Source of the DNA: an uncultured Gemmatimonadales bacterium
GTDB lineage: Bacteria; Gemmatimonadota; Gemmatimonadetes; Gemmatimonadales; GWC2-71-9
Assembly: GCA_963748815.1 (NCBI GenBank)
Contig: CAVVKJ010000005.1
Coordinates: 416,001-480,000, forward strand
Direction: 5' to 3'
DNA: 64,000 nucleotides
The notes below the pieces were generated by a model that did no database searches, was not told the DNA's origin, and saw nothing but the letters and a program-made list of their open reading frames with translations. This document shows, one piece after another, positions 19,373 through 29,071 of the stretch (its first letter is position 1; every line of letters begins with the position of its first letter). Position numbers and translations under genes: made by a program.

Positions 19373-20548
19373 ATGTCGGTGCGCAAGCGGGAATTCGCCG
19401 GGCTGGCCGCCAACGATTTCGCCCGGGAATCGGCTGGCGATCGGCTCTGGGCCGCCCCGGACCCGATGCTGATCGACGCCGGCGCCCACGGTGAACTGCT
19501 GGTGTCGAAGGTCCGCATCGCCCTGGTGTCGCTGGTGATGCTCATCCCGATCTACAACGTGATCGCGACGCCCTACCTCATCGAGGCGTGGGTCGGGTTG
19601 GTCGCGACGCTCGCGTCGCTGGTCTTCGCGGTGTTCGTGTGGGCGGTGGTGCGGCGGGGATTCTACCGACCGTGGCTGGGATTCCTCACCAGCGCGGTGG
19701 ACGTCACCTTCGTGACGGCGACGCTGGTGGCCTTCCTGGCCATGGGCACGCCGCACGTCGCGGTCAACAGCCGCATCATGTACAGCGTCTACTTCTTCTC
19801 GATCGGGGCGTCGAGCCTCCGCTACGACACCCGGATTTGCATCGTGACGGGCGCGCTGGCGGTGGTGCAGTACCTCGCGGTGGTCTGCGTGGCCATGGCC
19901 CTGTGGGATCTCAACGACCTCCGCTACGCCCCGTTCACCTACGGCATGGTCAGCTGGGGCGACCAGGTGGGACGGCTCATCCTCCTCGCCACGGCCGGCG
20001 TGCTTGCCACCGCCATCGTTGACCGTTCCCGCCAGCTCCGGCACCTCTCCGCGCTCGACCGCCTGACCGGCCTCCTGAACCGCGGGTATTTCGAAACCCG
20101 CTACCAGGCGGAGGTTGCGCGCGCCCGCCGGCACGGCCATCCGCTGGCCGTGGCCCTGCTCGACCTCGACCGGTACAAGAACTTCAACGACCGGTACGGC
20201 CACGCGAGCGGCGACGTGGCGCTGCGGGTCCTGGCCGATACCCTGCTGAAGGGGCTGCGGGCCAGCGACATCGTGGCGCGGTATGGCGGGGATGAGTTCG
20301 TGGTGCTCCTGCCCGAGACGAGTCCGCAGGCGGCCTACGAAAAACTGGAGCAGCTGCGGCTGGCAGTGGCGCGGGCCGAGTTCGCGATTCCGCGGCACGA
20401 CTTGACGGCCCAAATCACGCTGAGTGCGGGGATCGCCTGCCTTCCGGACGACGGGACCGACCCTGTCGAACTGCTGGAAGCCGCGGATCGGCGGCTCTTT
20501 GCCGCCAAGGACGGCGGCCGCAACCGGGTGGTGGGTCCGCAGGACTAG
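19373..20548 (+). CDS. membrane-anchored diguanylate cyclase (GGDEF)
   Basis: About 6 TM helices; DRLTGLLNR, NDRYGHASGD, ARYGGDEF. Confidence 0.92.
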   Translation: MSVRKREFAGLAANDFARESAGDRLWAAPDPMLIDAGAHGELLVSKVRIALVSLVMLIPIYNVIATPYLIEAWVGLVATLASLVFAVFVWAVVRRGFYRPWLGFLTSAVDVTFVTATLVAFLAMGTPHVAVNSRIMYSVYFFSIGASSLRYDTRICIVTGALAVVQYLAVVCVAMALWDLNDLRYAPFTYGMVSWGDQVGRLILLATAGVLATAIVDRSRQLRHLSALDRLTGLLNRGYFETRYQAEVARARRHGHPLAVALLDLDRYKNFNDRYGHASGDVALRVLADTLLKGLRASDIVARYGGDEFVVLLPETSPQAAYEKLEQLRLAVARAEFAIPRHDLTAQITLSAGIACLPDDGTDPVELLEAADRRLFAAKDGGRNRVVGPQD

Positions 20549-21894
20549 GCGACCGCCTCCTCCTCCTCGCGGGCAATGCGCTGGCCCTCGCCGACGTCGA
20601 CCTTGGCCAGCAGCGCTCCACCGACCAGGAAGAACACCACCACCGAGAGCAGCGCCGCCCGACTCGAGCCGGTCATCAGGATCGCCACCGAGAACATCGC
20701 CGGCCCCAGGATCCCCGCGAACTTCTCGAACACCGCGAAGAAGCCGAAAAACTCTCCCGACAGATGCCGCGGTACCATGCTCGCAAAGAGCGAGCGGCTC
20801 AGCGCCTGCACCCCGCCCTGCACCATCCCCACCAGCACCGCGAGCAGGATGAAGTCCCGGTCGCTCTGCATGAAATAGCCCAGCACGCTGATGCCCAGGT
20901 ACGTGACCAGGCCGACGAAGATGGCCGGGCGGGTCCCCACCCGTTTGGCCAAGCCGCCGAAAAGATACGCGAACGGCACGCCGACGAACTGCACCAGCGC
21001 GATCGCCGCGATCATGGTGGTGCGGGTGATGCCGATCTCCGCGCCGTAGATGGCCGCCATCCGGATGATCGTGCCGACGCCGTCGTTGTAGATCAGGAAG
21101 GCCAGCAGGAGGAGGAAAGCCTGCCGGTACCCGCGCAGCTTGCGGAACGTATGTCCCAGGCGCCGGAAGGAGGCGCGCACCGCACCGAGCCGGGCCTCTT
21201 CCGCGTCGAGCGCGCGGCCGGGGGGCTCCGGGACGTGCCGGAAGAGGGGGATGCTGAAGCCGGCCCACCAGAGCGCGGTCAGGATGAAGGTGAGCCGTGT
21301 CGGCAGCGTCGCCTGGCTCGGCGTGAGGCCTTCGCCGGCGGGCAACCCGAACGCCCCCGGGGCCATCACGATGGCCAGGCAGAACAGCAGGAAGAGCCCA
21401 CCCCCCAGGTACCCGAGGGCGTACCCCGCCGTCGAGATCCGGTCCATCTCCTCGGGCGCGGCCACGTGCGGCAGGAGGGAGTCATAAAAGACGAAACTGC
21501 CGTTGACGCCGATGTTGGCCAGGATGAACAGCCCCGCGGCAAACATCCATTCGCCGCGCTGGATGAAGAACATCGCCGCCACCGCGCTCGCGCCGAAGAC
21601 CAGGAAGGCGGCCAGGAGCTTCTTCTTCGCGGCCGAGTGGTCGGCGATCGCTCCCAGGATCGGGGACAACACCGCGATGATGGTCAGCCCGATCGTCGTC
21701 GCGACGCTGAACCGCGACGTGGCCTCCGTCGGGGACATGCCGTTGGCGGCGACCGCGGTGAAGAAGATCGGGAAAATGGCGGTCACGATGACGACGTACA
21801 TCGCCGAGTTGGCCCAGTCGTACAGCATCCAGGCGCGGACCGCCGGCCGGTCGAGCGAAAGCCGCCCTGCCATGCGGCCGAGGAGCCCGCTCAT
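20545..21894 (-). CDS. MFS transporter (UMF1/Atg22-like)
   Basis: AWMLYDWANS, FYDSLLP, YNDGV, GGVQALSRSLF. Confidence 0.88.
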   Translation of the reverse strand: MSGLLGRMAGRLSLDRPAVRAWMLYDWANSAMYVVIVTAIFPIFFTAVAANGMSPTEATSRFSVATTIGLTIIAVLSPILGAIADHSAAKKKLLAAFLVFGASAVAAMFFIQRGEWMFAAGLFILANIGVNGSFVFYDSLLPHVAAPEEMDRISTAGYALGYLGGGLFLLFCLAIVMAPGAFGLPAGEGLTPSQATLPTRLTFILTALWWAGFSIPLFRHVPEPPGRALDAEEARLGAVRASFRRLGHTFRKLRGYRQAFLLLLAFLIYNDGVGTIIRMAAIYGAEIGITRTTMIAAIALVQFVGVPFAYLFGGLAKRVGTRPAIFVGLVTYLGISVLGYFMQSDRDFILLAVLVGMVQGGVQALSRSLFASMVPRHLSGEFFGFFAVFEKFAGILGPAMFSVAILMTGSSRAALLSVVVFFLVGGALLAKVDVGEGQRIAREEEEAVA

Positions 21895-22685
21895 TGGGCA
21901 TCCCGGGGCTTGGCGAATCCGGTGGCGACGCGAGCGGCGAGGGCACGGGGTGCGGCGCGGGTGAGCCAAGCCGCCGCCCGGGCGACCGGGCCGGACATGA
22001 CGTGGCTCCGGTTCCGGACATAGCCGCGGAGCCCCGCTCGGGCCACCGCGTGCGCCTGCTGCATGAGGAGCCGCGGGGGCGGGGATTCCAGCCGCGCGGC
22101 CGCAAACCAGCCGGTCACCACCGGCCCCGGGCAGAGACAGGTGCAGCGCACGCCCGTCCCGCGGAGCTCCACGTGGAGCGCCTCGCTCCATCCCAGCACG
22201 TAGGCCTTGCTGCCGCCGTAGGTCGAGAGCCAGGGGAGACCCTGGAAGGCACCGATACTCGCCACGTTGAGGAGCCCGCCCCGGCGCCGGGCCACCATGC
22301 CCGGCAACAGCCGCAGCGCGAGTTCGGTCGCGGCGCGGACGTTAAGGTCCACGACCCGCAGTTGCGCATCCACCGGCGTGTCGTGGCCTCGGCCGACCAG
22401 CCCGATGCCGGCGTTGTTGACCAGGTGGTCGACGGCGAGCCCGCGCGCCTCGATGTCGCCTACCAGCGCGGCCACCGCGCCGGGCGCGGTCAGGTCGAGC
22501 CGCAGGATCTCCACGCTCGCGCCCTGCTGTCGCGCACGGCCCGCCACCCTCTCGAGCCGCTCCGTGCGGCGCGCGGTCAGGAGGAGGCGCGCGCCCGTGG
22601 GGGCCAGCAGTTCCGCGAACGCCTCGCCGAGGCCGCCGGACGCGCCGGTGATGAGTACCGTGGTCCCGTCGAAGAGCTGGCGCAC
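21891..22685 (-). CDS. SDR family oxidoreductase
   Basis: ITGASGGLG, VNNAG, YGGSK, LCPGP. Confidence 0.88.
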   Translation of the reverse strand: MRQLFDGTTVLITGASGGLGEAFAELLAPTGARLLLTARRTERLERVAGRARQQGASVEILRLDLTAPGAVAALVGDIEARGLAVDHLVNNAGIGLVGRGHDTPVDAQLRVVDLNVRAATELALRLLPGMVARRRGGLLNVASIGAFQGLPWLSTYGGSKAYVLGWSEALHVELRGTGVRCTCLCPGPVVTGWFAAARLESPPPRLLMQQAHAVARAGLRGYVRNRSHVMSGPVARAAAWLTRAAPRALAARVATGFAKPRDAQ

Positions 22686-23617
22686 TACGGCGCCCCCTGC
22701 GCCGCCCGGGTCTTCCGCATCGACAGGACGACCGAGCCACCAAGGATCCCGACGATGACGCCGAGCGAAACGCCGATCGGCACGTGAAGGAGGCCGTTGA
22801 ACACCATCTTGCACCCGACGAACACCAGGATGGCGGCGACGCCGGGCTTCAGGTACTCGAACCGGTCCATCATTCCCGCCAGGACGAAGAACAGTGCCCT
22901 GAGCCCGAGGATGGCGAAGACGTTCGAGCTGTACACGATGAACGGGTCGCGGGTGATGGCGAAGATGGCGGGGATGCTGTCGATCGCGAAGACCAGGTCC
23001 GACCACTCGACCACCAGCAGGACGATCACCAGCGGGGTGGCCATCCACCGTCCGCGGATGTCGAGCGTGAAGAACTTCTGGCCGTCGTAGGCGTCCACCA
23101 TCGGGATGAACCGCCGCGCCAGCCGGACCAGCGGGTTCCGTTCCGGCTCGATGCGGTCGCCCGAGCCGCGGAACATCCGGATGCCGGTGAGGATGAGGAT
23201 GCCGCCGAAGAGGTAGATGATCCAGGTGAACTGCTGGAGGAGCAGCGCGCCCAGGCCGATCATGATGGCGCGCATCAGGAGCGCCCCGAGGATGCCCCAC
23301 TTGAGGATCCGCGGCTGCAGTTCGGCCGGCACCGCGAAATACTGGAAGATGAGCAGAAAGACGAACAGGTTGTCCACGCTGAGCGAGAGCTCGATCACGT
23401 AGCCGGTGTAGTACTCGAGCGCCGGGCGCGTCCCTTCCCGGGCCCAGAGGAACACGCCGAACAGCAGCGCCAGCGCCACGAGGCCCGCGCTCCAGCTCAG
23501 CGCCTCCCGGAACGAGAGCACGTGCGACTTCCGGTTCAGCACCCCGAGGTCGAGGACCAGGAGCCCCAGGACGAGCACGCTGAACCCGATCCAGACGGCC
23601 GGCGGATGGACGCCCAT
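22685..23617 (-). CDS. terC: TerC/Alx family membrane protein
   Basis: ELSLSVDNLFVF, DLVFAIDSIPAIFAIT, NVFAILGLRAL. Confidence 0.92.
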   Translation of the reverse strand: MGVHPPAVWIGFSVLVLGLLVLDLGVLNRKSHVLSFREALSWSAGLVALALLFGVFLWAREGTRPALEYYTGYVIELSLSVDNLFVFLLIFQYFAVPAELQPRILKWGILGALLMRAIMIGLGALLLQQFTWIIYLFGGILILTGIRMFRGSGDRIEPERNPLVRLARRFIPMVDAYDGQKFFTLDIRGRWMATPLVIVLLVVEWSDLVFAIDSIPAIFAITRDPFIVYSSNVFAILGLRALFFVLAGMMDRFEYLKPGVAAILVFVGCKMVFNGLLHVPIGVSLGVIVGILGGSVVLSMRKTRAAQGAP

Positions 23618-24868
23618 TCAGAATCCCGGGTCGGTGGTGTGGACCGGATCGTCCAGAAGGATGGCCTGCAAGTGGCTTCCCTTCGGTGTCTCGTGTTGGC
23701 CCTCCGGCACCAGGAGGAGGGCGTTGGCCCGCACCATCGAGGTCAGGATGCCGGAGCCCTGGGGACCCGTCAGGCGGGCCTCCGGCCCGGTCGTCGTTTC
23801 GGTCACGATGGCCCGGAGGAAGTGCTGCAGCGTCGGTCGGAGGGAAATCGCCTCCGCCATCCGTACCGGGGTGACGCGGCGAAAGGGCCGGGCGTGACCG
23901 GCCATCGCGCGGATGGCGGGACGGACGAACAACTCGAAGGTCACCATGGCGCTCACCGGATTCCCCGGCAGGCCGATCCAGGGAACTCCGAAGACCCGCC
24001 CGAACCCGACCGGTGCGCCCGGCCGCATCCGCAGCTTCCAGAAATCGATCGACCCGCCCGATTCCTCCACCGCGCCGCGCAAGTGGTCGTGCTCTCCGAC
24101 GCTGATGCCCGCCGTGGTGACGAGGAGGTCACACTCCGGCGCCCGCGCGAGGTGATCCCGCACGCTCTCCGGCGTGTCGCGTGCGATCCCGAAGTTCAGG
24201 GGTTCCCCGCCGGCGAGGCGAACCAGGGCGTGCAGTGTGTGGCTGTTCGAACTCGCGATCTTCCGCCCGCTCAGGATCGCGTCGGGCTGATCGACATCCA
24301 CGATTTCGTCGCCGCCGCCGAGGATGCCGACCCGCGGCCGGCGGAACACCAGCGGATGGGCCATGGCCACGGACGCCAGCACTCCCAGTTCCGCGGCGCC
24401 CAGTTCGGTGCCGGCGTCGAGCACGGTGACGCCCTTCCGGATGTCCTCGCCCGCCAGCCGGATGTTCACCCCGGCGTCGCGGTCGCTGAAAATGTGGACT
24501 GTGTCGCGGCCGAGATCGGTGTCTTCCTGGCGAATGACACCGTCGGCGCCGTCCGGGAGCGGCGCGCCGGTGAAGATCCGGGCGCACTCACCCGGCTGGA
24601 GCGAGCGGGCGGGAAAATGGCCGGCGGGAATCTGCTCGATGACGCGCAGGCGCACCGGGCGCTCCGCCGTCGCCCCTCGCACGTCCGCGGTCCGGGTGGC
24701 ATACCCGTCCATCGCGGAGTTGGTCCATGCCGGGAGGTCGAGCGGACTGATGACCGGTTCGGCGAGCACGCTGCCGAGCGCGGAGTCGAGCGGGATGCGA
24801 AGGGTCGGCTGGCGGGGGACGGCGGCCAGGATGCGGAGGGCGGCCTCCCGTGCGGCGAGCGGGGTCAC
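23618..24868 (-). CDS. moeA: molybdopterin molybdotransferase
   Basis: SAMDGYA, RIFTGAPLP, GLPGNPVSA, QGSGILTSM. Confidence 0.93.
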   Translation of the reverse strand: MTPLAAREAALRILAAVPRQPTLRIPLDSALGSVLAEPVISPLDLPAWTNSAMDGYATRTADVRGATAERPVRLRVIEQIPAGHFPARSLQPGECARIFTGAPLPDGADGVIRQEDTDLGRDTVHIFSDRDAGVNIRLAGEDIRKGVTVLDAGTELGAAELGVLASVAMAHPLVFRRPRVGILGGGDEIVDVDQPDAILSGRKIASSNSHTLHALVRLAGGEPLNFGIARDTPESVRDHLARAPECDLLVTTAGISVGEHDHLRGAVEESGGSIDFWKLRMRPGAPVGFGRVFGVPWIGLPGNPVSAMVTFELFVRPAIRAMAGHARPFRRVTPVRMAEAISLRPTLQHFLRAIVTETTTGPEARLTGPQGSGILTSMVRANALLLVPEGQHETPKGSHLQAILLDDPVHTTDPGF

Positions 24869-25395
24869 GGCCCGATGATCCGGGCCCCGTCCCATCCAAT
24901 GTTGGCCAGGAACTGCAGCCACATCGTGTCGCGGAAGCGGAGCACCCGGCAGTCGGCTTCCAGGTCCTCGTCGGTCACGATCGCCAGCCACTGGTCGGCG
25001 GCATCCGAGGTCGCGTCGAAGAGCGGCTCCTTGGCAGCCACACCACGGAACACCTCGATTTTTGGCAGGGGATGGCTGGTGAACCCCTCCACGAGAACGA
25101 TGTCGGCGCCGTCGAGGTAGCGCCGGGCAAGGGTGATCGGGTCCTGGTCGTCGGGAGACCGCTCGAACAGTACCCGGACGTCGGGGGAGGCGATGAGCAC
25201 CCGTTCGGCCCGGCCCTCGTGAAAGTGCCGGTAGCTGTCCGTGCCGGGGCTATCGGCGTCGGCAGGGTGGCTGGCGTGCTTGATGGTCATGACCCGCTTG
25301 CCGCGCCGCACGTATTCGGCGGCCAGCGCCACGGCGAGGGTGGTCTTGCCAGCGTTCTTGCGGCCTACAATTGAGAGGATGCGAGTCGCCGCCAC
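24865..25395 (-). CDS. mobB: molybdopterin-guanine dinucleotide biosynthesis protein B
   Basis: VGRKNAGKTTL, IKH, GTDSYRH, LVEGF, PKIEVFR. Confidence 0.9.
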   Translation of the reverse strand: MAATRILSIVGRKNAGKTTLAVALAAEYVRRGKRVMTIKHASHPADADSPGTDSYRHFHEGRAERVLIASPDVRVLFERSPDDQDPITLARRYLDGADIVLVEGFTSHPLPKIEVFRGVAAKEPLFDATSDAADQWLAIVTDEDLEADCRVLRFRDTMWLQFLANIGWDGARIIGP

Positions 25396-26021
25396 AGCGC
25401 GTCCGCCTGGGTGAGGTCGTCCTGGGAGTTCACGTTGAAAAAGAGGGTGGAGGGGTCGCCGAACTCGGCGACCGCCTCTGCAGGGAGGATACAGGTTCTG
25501 ACGGCGGAGTGGAAGGCGACGGCCCGAAGGTCGTCCGACGCGATGGCGTCCTCGATGGCTCGCCGGCATGCCGGCCCATAGCCAGCGCACATCGGTTCGA
25601 CGCCGCGCCGCCCTCCGCTCGCGGGCAGCACGGCATCGGCGCCGCCCAGTCCGTCCGCCAGGCGGCGAATCAGCGCCGCGGGGACGAACGGCATGTCCCA
25701 CGCGACGCAGACGACCGGTGTCGGATTGTGGCTCACCGCGGTGAGAATTCCGCCGAGGGCGCCGGCGCCGGGGTGGACATCGGGAAGCACCGGGAGGTCG
25801 GGACGCCAGCGCTGGGCGTCGGGATCGTTGGCGATCAGGGAGGGGAGGGTGCCGAAAGCGTCGAGAAACGACTGGACCAGGCGATCGAGAATCCTGATGC
25901 CGCCCACCAGCTCGAGCCCCTTGGGGCGGCCTCCGAACCGGGAGGCGGCGCCCCCGGCGAGGATGGCGCCGCGCACACCGCCGGCGACCGGCTCAGTAGC
26001 GATGGCCGCGCTTCTTCTCAA
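25365..26021 (-). CDS. mobA: molybdenum cofactor guanylyltransferase (start possibly GTG 25976)
   Basis: AILAGGAASRFGGRPK, AWDMPF, EPMCAGY, FFNVNS. Confidence 0.88.
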   Translation of the reverse strand: MRRSAAIATEPVAGGVRGAILAGGAASRFGGRPKGLELVGGIRILDRLVQSFLDAFGTLPSLIANDPDAQRWRPDLPVLPDVHPGAGALGGILTAVSHNPTPVVCVAWDMPFVPAALIRRLADGLGGADAVLPASGGRRGVEPMCAGYGPACRRAIEDAIASDDLRAVAFHSAVRTCILPAEAVAEFGDPSTLFFNVNSQDDLTQADALWRRLASSQL

Positions 26022-26793
26022 GCACGATATCCGCGCCGATCAGGACGCTCCAGAGGTTCGTCCACTTGTTCACGATTTCCGGCGCGTCGCTCCCCGGCTC
26101 GGTGGGGCCGTTCACCGTGGCGATCTGCACCAGGTTGTCCCGGACCTCGGCGCGCACTTGCCACCCTTTTCCGAGGACGGCGGAGAAGCCCCCGCCAAAC
26201 ACGAACCCCGCCGTGATCCGCGTGCTGGAGGGGTCGTCATAGATGACAAACTGGAAGATTTCCTGGGTGTCGGGGTCCACGACCGTCCCCGCCGTGGCGA
26301 TGGTGCTGAGGTTGCTGAAGAGGAGGCCGACCTGCCCCCGGATGTAGGGCGAGATGGGCTGGTCGGCCGCGGCACGGAACACCGGGCCCACGCTCAGCAG
26401 TACGGCGGAGCTCGATTTCGTGGCGCCGTCGATGCTGCCGCACACCTCCTTCGTTCGGTCGCTCGGAGTCGGGGAGGAGGTCTGGCAGGCGTCCTCCAGT
26501 CCGACGCCGGTGAAGAACACCTCCCCGACGAATCCCAGCGACGGCTTGGGAAAGTACATCCCGGAGAAGAGTACGCCGATGCCGCCGGTGATGTTGCGGT
26601 CGAGATCGATCAGATCGAAGCCGGTGCCCGGTACCAGGATGGGCTGGTCCTCGACGGTCCAGAGATCGGTGCCGCCGGTGTAGGTCAGACCCATTGTGAA
26701 GACCAGGCGCGCCTCGTCCTCCGTCTTCTGGGCGGACGCCGGCTGGGCGAGGACCAGCGCCCCTGTCACGGCCAGTACGAGCGGTGTTCGCAT
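25993..26793 (-). CDS. hypothetical outer-membrane beta-barrel protein
   Basis: Signal peptide AQPASA; alternating amphipathic strands (PYIRGQVG, VRAEVRD). Confidence 0.6.
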   Translation of the reverse strand: MRTPLVLAVTGALVLAQPASAQKTEDEARLVFTMGLTYTGGTDLWTVEDQPILVPGTGFDLIDLDRNITGGIGVLFSGMYFPKPSLGFVGEVFFTGVGLEDACQTSSPTPSDRTKEVCGSIDGATKSSSAVLLSVGPVFRAAADQPISPYIRGQVGLLFSNLSTIATAGTVVDPDTQEIFQFVIYDDPSSTRITAGFVFGGGFSAVLGKGWQVRAEVRDNLVQIATVNGPTEPGSDAPEIVNKWTNLWSVLIGADIVLEKKRGHRY

Positions 26794-27209
26794 CACACCC
26801 CCAACGAATTGTGATCGACGGCCAGGCATCGGTCCATCACGACCGCGATGCCCGCCTCGCGCAGCCGCCGCGCGGTTTCCGCGTCCTCGACCCCGAGTTG
26901 CATCCAGACCAGCCGAGGCCGGACCTCCAGCAGGTCGTCGAGCAGGGCCGGGACGAACTCGGACCGCCGAAAGACATTGACGATGTCAATGGGGCCGGTC
27001 GTGGCCGCCGACCGGAGGTTGGCGTGGACGGCTTCTCCCAAGGTGACGCCGCCCGCGGGGTGCACTGGCACAATCTCGTATCCCTGGCGCTGCAGGTACG
27101 CCGACACGGTGTGACTGGCCCGGTGCGGCTTCCGGCTCAGCCCCACCACGGCGATGCGTCGGGCGGAGCGCAGGATCGCCCGGAGCTCGTCGTCGTCCGG
27201 CGCGGTCAC
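26793..27209 (-). CDS. CoA-binding protein (YccU-like)
   Basis: RIAVVGLS, DIVNVFRRS, VWMQLGV, VMDRC. Confidence 0.88.
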   Translation of the reverse strand: MTAPDDDELRAILRSARRIAVVGLSRKPHRASHTVSAYLQRQGYEIVPVHPAGGVTLGEAVHANLRSAATTGPIDIVNVFRRSEFVPALLDDLLEVRPRLVWMQLGVEDAETARRLREAGIAVVMDRCLAVDHNSLGV

Positions 27210-27982
27210 GGGGCCGGCTCGGGGCGGTGGAGTTGGGGCGTCCCGCTCACCGCGCGCCCCACCAGGACCATCCCGGACCGGCGGGCGACCTCGACGGCGA
27301 GCGTGGACGGCACCGAGGGAGTCGCGATCCAGGCGAGCTCGGCGCGGGCCGCCTTGAACGCGAGCTCCGCGGAGATCCGCCCGGTCACCAGGAGGCCGAG
27401 GCCTTCCACGGGACGGCGGGCGAGCAGCGCCGCCCCGAGGACCTTGTCCACCGCGTTGTGCCGGCCGATGTCCTCGGCGTGGTGGAGGAGGGCGGTCCCG
27501 TCGGTCAACGCCGCGGCGTGGACGCCCCCGGTTTCGTCGTAGCGCGCGCCGCGCGCGAAGAGTTCCTTGAACCGCTCCCGCATGAGGCTGGCGGCGGGAG
27601 GGAGGCCGCGAAGCGGCTCCGTCGGGACCGAGGCGGGGTCGGCGAGGAAGGTCGAGACGGCGCCGCACCCTGAGGCCAGCACCGGGCGGCGCCGCTCGGC
27701 GGCGACGGCGGCCAGGCGCACCTCCGGTATCTCCGCCCAGAATCCCAGGTCGGTGGCGCACGGGCGCAGGTGGACCTCGTCGACGGTGGTGATGTACCCC
27801 TCGCCGAAGAGCCAGCCCAGCACCAGCTCCTCCAGCAACTCCGGGGTGCACATCCAGGTCACGGTCGGGACGTGGTTGACCTCGAGCCAGACGGGTACCT
27901 CTTCCACGGCCGCGGGGGCCGGCCCGCGGCCCCGTCGCCCGCGCAGCGGCGGCTGGTCAGTCGATTCCGGTGCAGTCGGCAT
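27206..27982 (-). CDS. fdhD: formate dehydrogenase accessory sulfurtransferase
   Basis: VEEVP, GWLFGEG, SGCG, TGGVHAAAL, EDIGRHNAVDK, TGRIS. Confidence 0.9.
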   Translation of the reverse strand: MPTAPESTDQPPLRGRRGRGPAPAAVEEVPVWLEVNHVPTVTWMCTPELLEELVLGWLFGEGYITTVDEVHLRPCATDLGFWAEIPEVRLAAVAAERRRPVLASGCGAVSTFLADPASVPTEPLRGLPPAASLMRERFKELFARGARYDETGGVHAAALTDGTALLHHAEDIGRHNAVDKVLGAALLARRPVEGLGLLVTGRISAELAFKAARAELAWIATPSVPSTLAVEVARRSGMVLVGRAVSGTPQLHRPEPAP

Positions 27983-28379
27983 GGAGCGTCTCATCCTCCG
28001 CCACGCGCACCCGCGTGAGGGTGACACCCGCGGGGAGTCGAGAATCGATGCGGGCAAAGAGCCAACAGGCCAGCGCCTCGCAGGTGGGGAGCGTCACGCC
28101 GGCGGCGAAGTCGGGCAGGTCCCGGTCAATATGCCTGCCGTCGAGCGGCTTGACGACCTCGTCCCCGAGGATGCGGTCGAGCAAGGGAAGGTCGATGACG
28201 GCGCCGGCCGCAAGGTCGAGAGGCCCGGCGACGGTGACAGCGCAGCGATAGTGATGGTCGTGGCCGGCGGGGTCGGCGAGCGCGCCGAAGGCGGTGTGAT
28301 TCTGGGCGGGGGTCCAGTCAGGTCGCCAATAGCGGTGCCAGGCGTGGAAGCCGACCGTGCGTGTGAGCGAAACCGGCAT
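27957..28379 (-). CDS. 6-pyruvoyl/6-carboxy-tetrahydropterin synthase (PTPS/QueD) family protein, atypical active site
   Basis: FHAWHR, GHDHHY, TVAGPLD, PTCEALA, VRVAED. Confidence 0.8.
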   Translation of the reverse strand: MPVSLTRTVGFHAWHRYWRPDWTPAQNHTAFGALADPAGHDHHYRCAVTVAGPLDLAAGAVIDLPLLDRILGDEVVKPLDGRHIDRDLPDFAAGVTLPTCEALACWLFARIDSRLPAGVTLTRVRVAEDETLHADCTGID

Positions 28380-28394
28380 CGGCCCCTCCCCTCG

Positions 28395-29067
28395 TTAGAA
28401 CGAGTACCCGAAGCCGACCTGGTACCAGACGTTCGAGAGGTAGTTGTTGATCGCGTACGATTCGATGATGCCCGTGATCTCGTCGTAATACGGCGGCGGG
28501 TAGGCCAGGCGCCAGAACGCCCCGCGAATCTCCGCGCGGATGAACGAACGGGGGTTGACGAAGAAGCGGGTGCCGGCGAAGGGCACCCAGTAGAAGCGGC
28601 CGCCGAAATCGTAGGCGTCCGGGCCGTCGGGTGAGTCGCTCCGCCAGGCGTAGCCGAGACCGCCGCCGATGTACGGGGCGAATCCATGCCAGGTCTTGCC
28701 CCCGGTGATCGTGTACTGCACGTCGGTTTCGAACATCCAGACGGGCGACGGCAGGCTGCCGCTGACGGCGAGGTTGCCCTCCGTGTTCCGGATGACGCGC
28801 GCCCCATCCAGGTCGGCGTACTGCACCGCGAAGGAGAGCTCCAACGGTCCGCTGACGGCGATCCCGAATCGTCCGCCATAGGCAGGGCCGTCGTGCGGGC
28901 CGAGGCCGAGCCGGCCACCGGTGCCCCCGATGTAACCGAAGAGGGCGGTGAGGGACATCTTTTTCGTGATGTCCCGGTAGGGCGACTTGCTGGGCGGGTA
29001 GCCGACCTGCGCGGCCGCCGGCTGGGCGATCGCGAGCAGGCAGACGAGTGCGAGATACGTGGCGCAT
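28395..29067 (-). CDS. hypothetical outer-membrane beta-barrel protein; probable 1-bp insertion just after the ATG
   Basis: Signal peptide YLALVCLLAIAQPAAA and C-terminal YQVGFGYSF beta-signal; ATG 29067 is one base out of frame. Confidence 0.6.
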
Positions 29068-29071
29068 GCGT

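Noticed and set aside
23600..23700. yybP-ykoY riboswitch before terC
   Set aside because: terC abuts the moeA stop; there is no leader space
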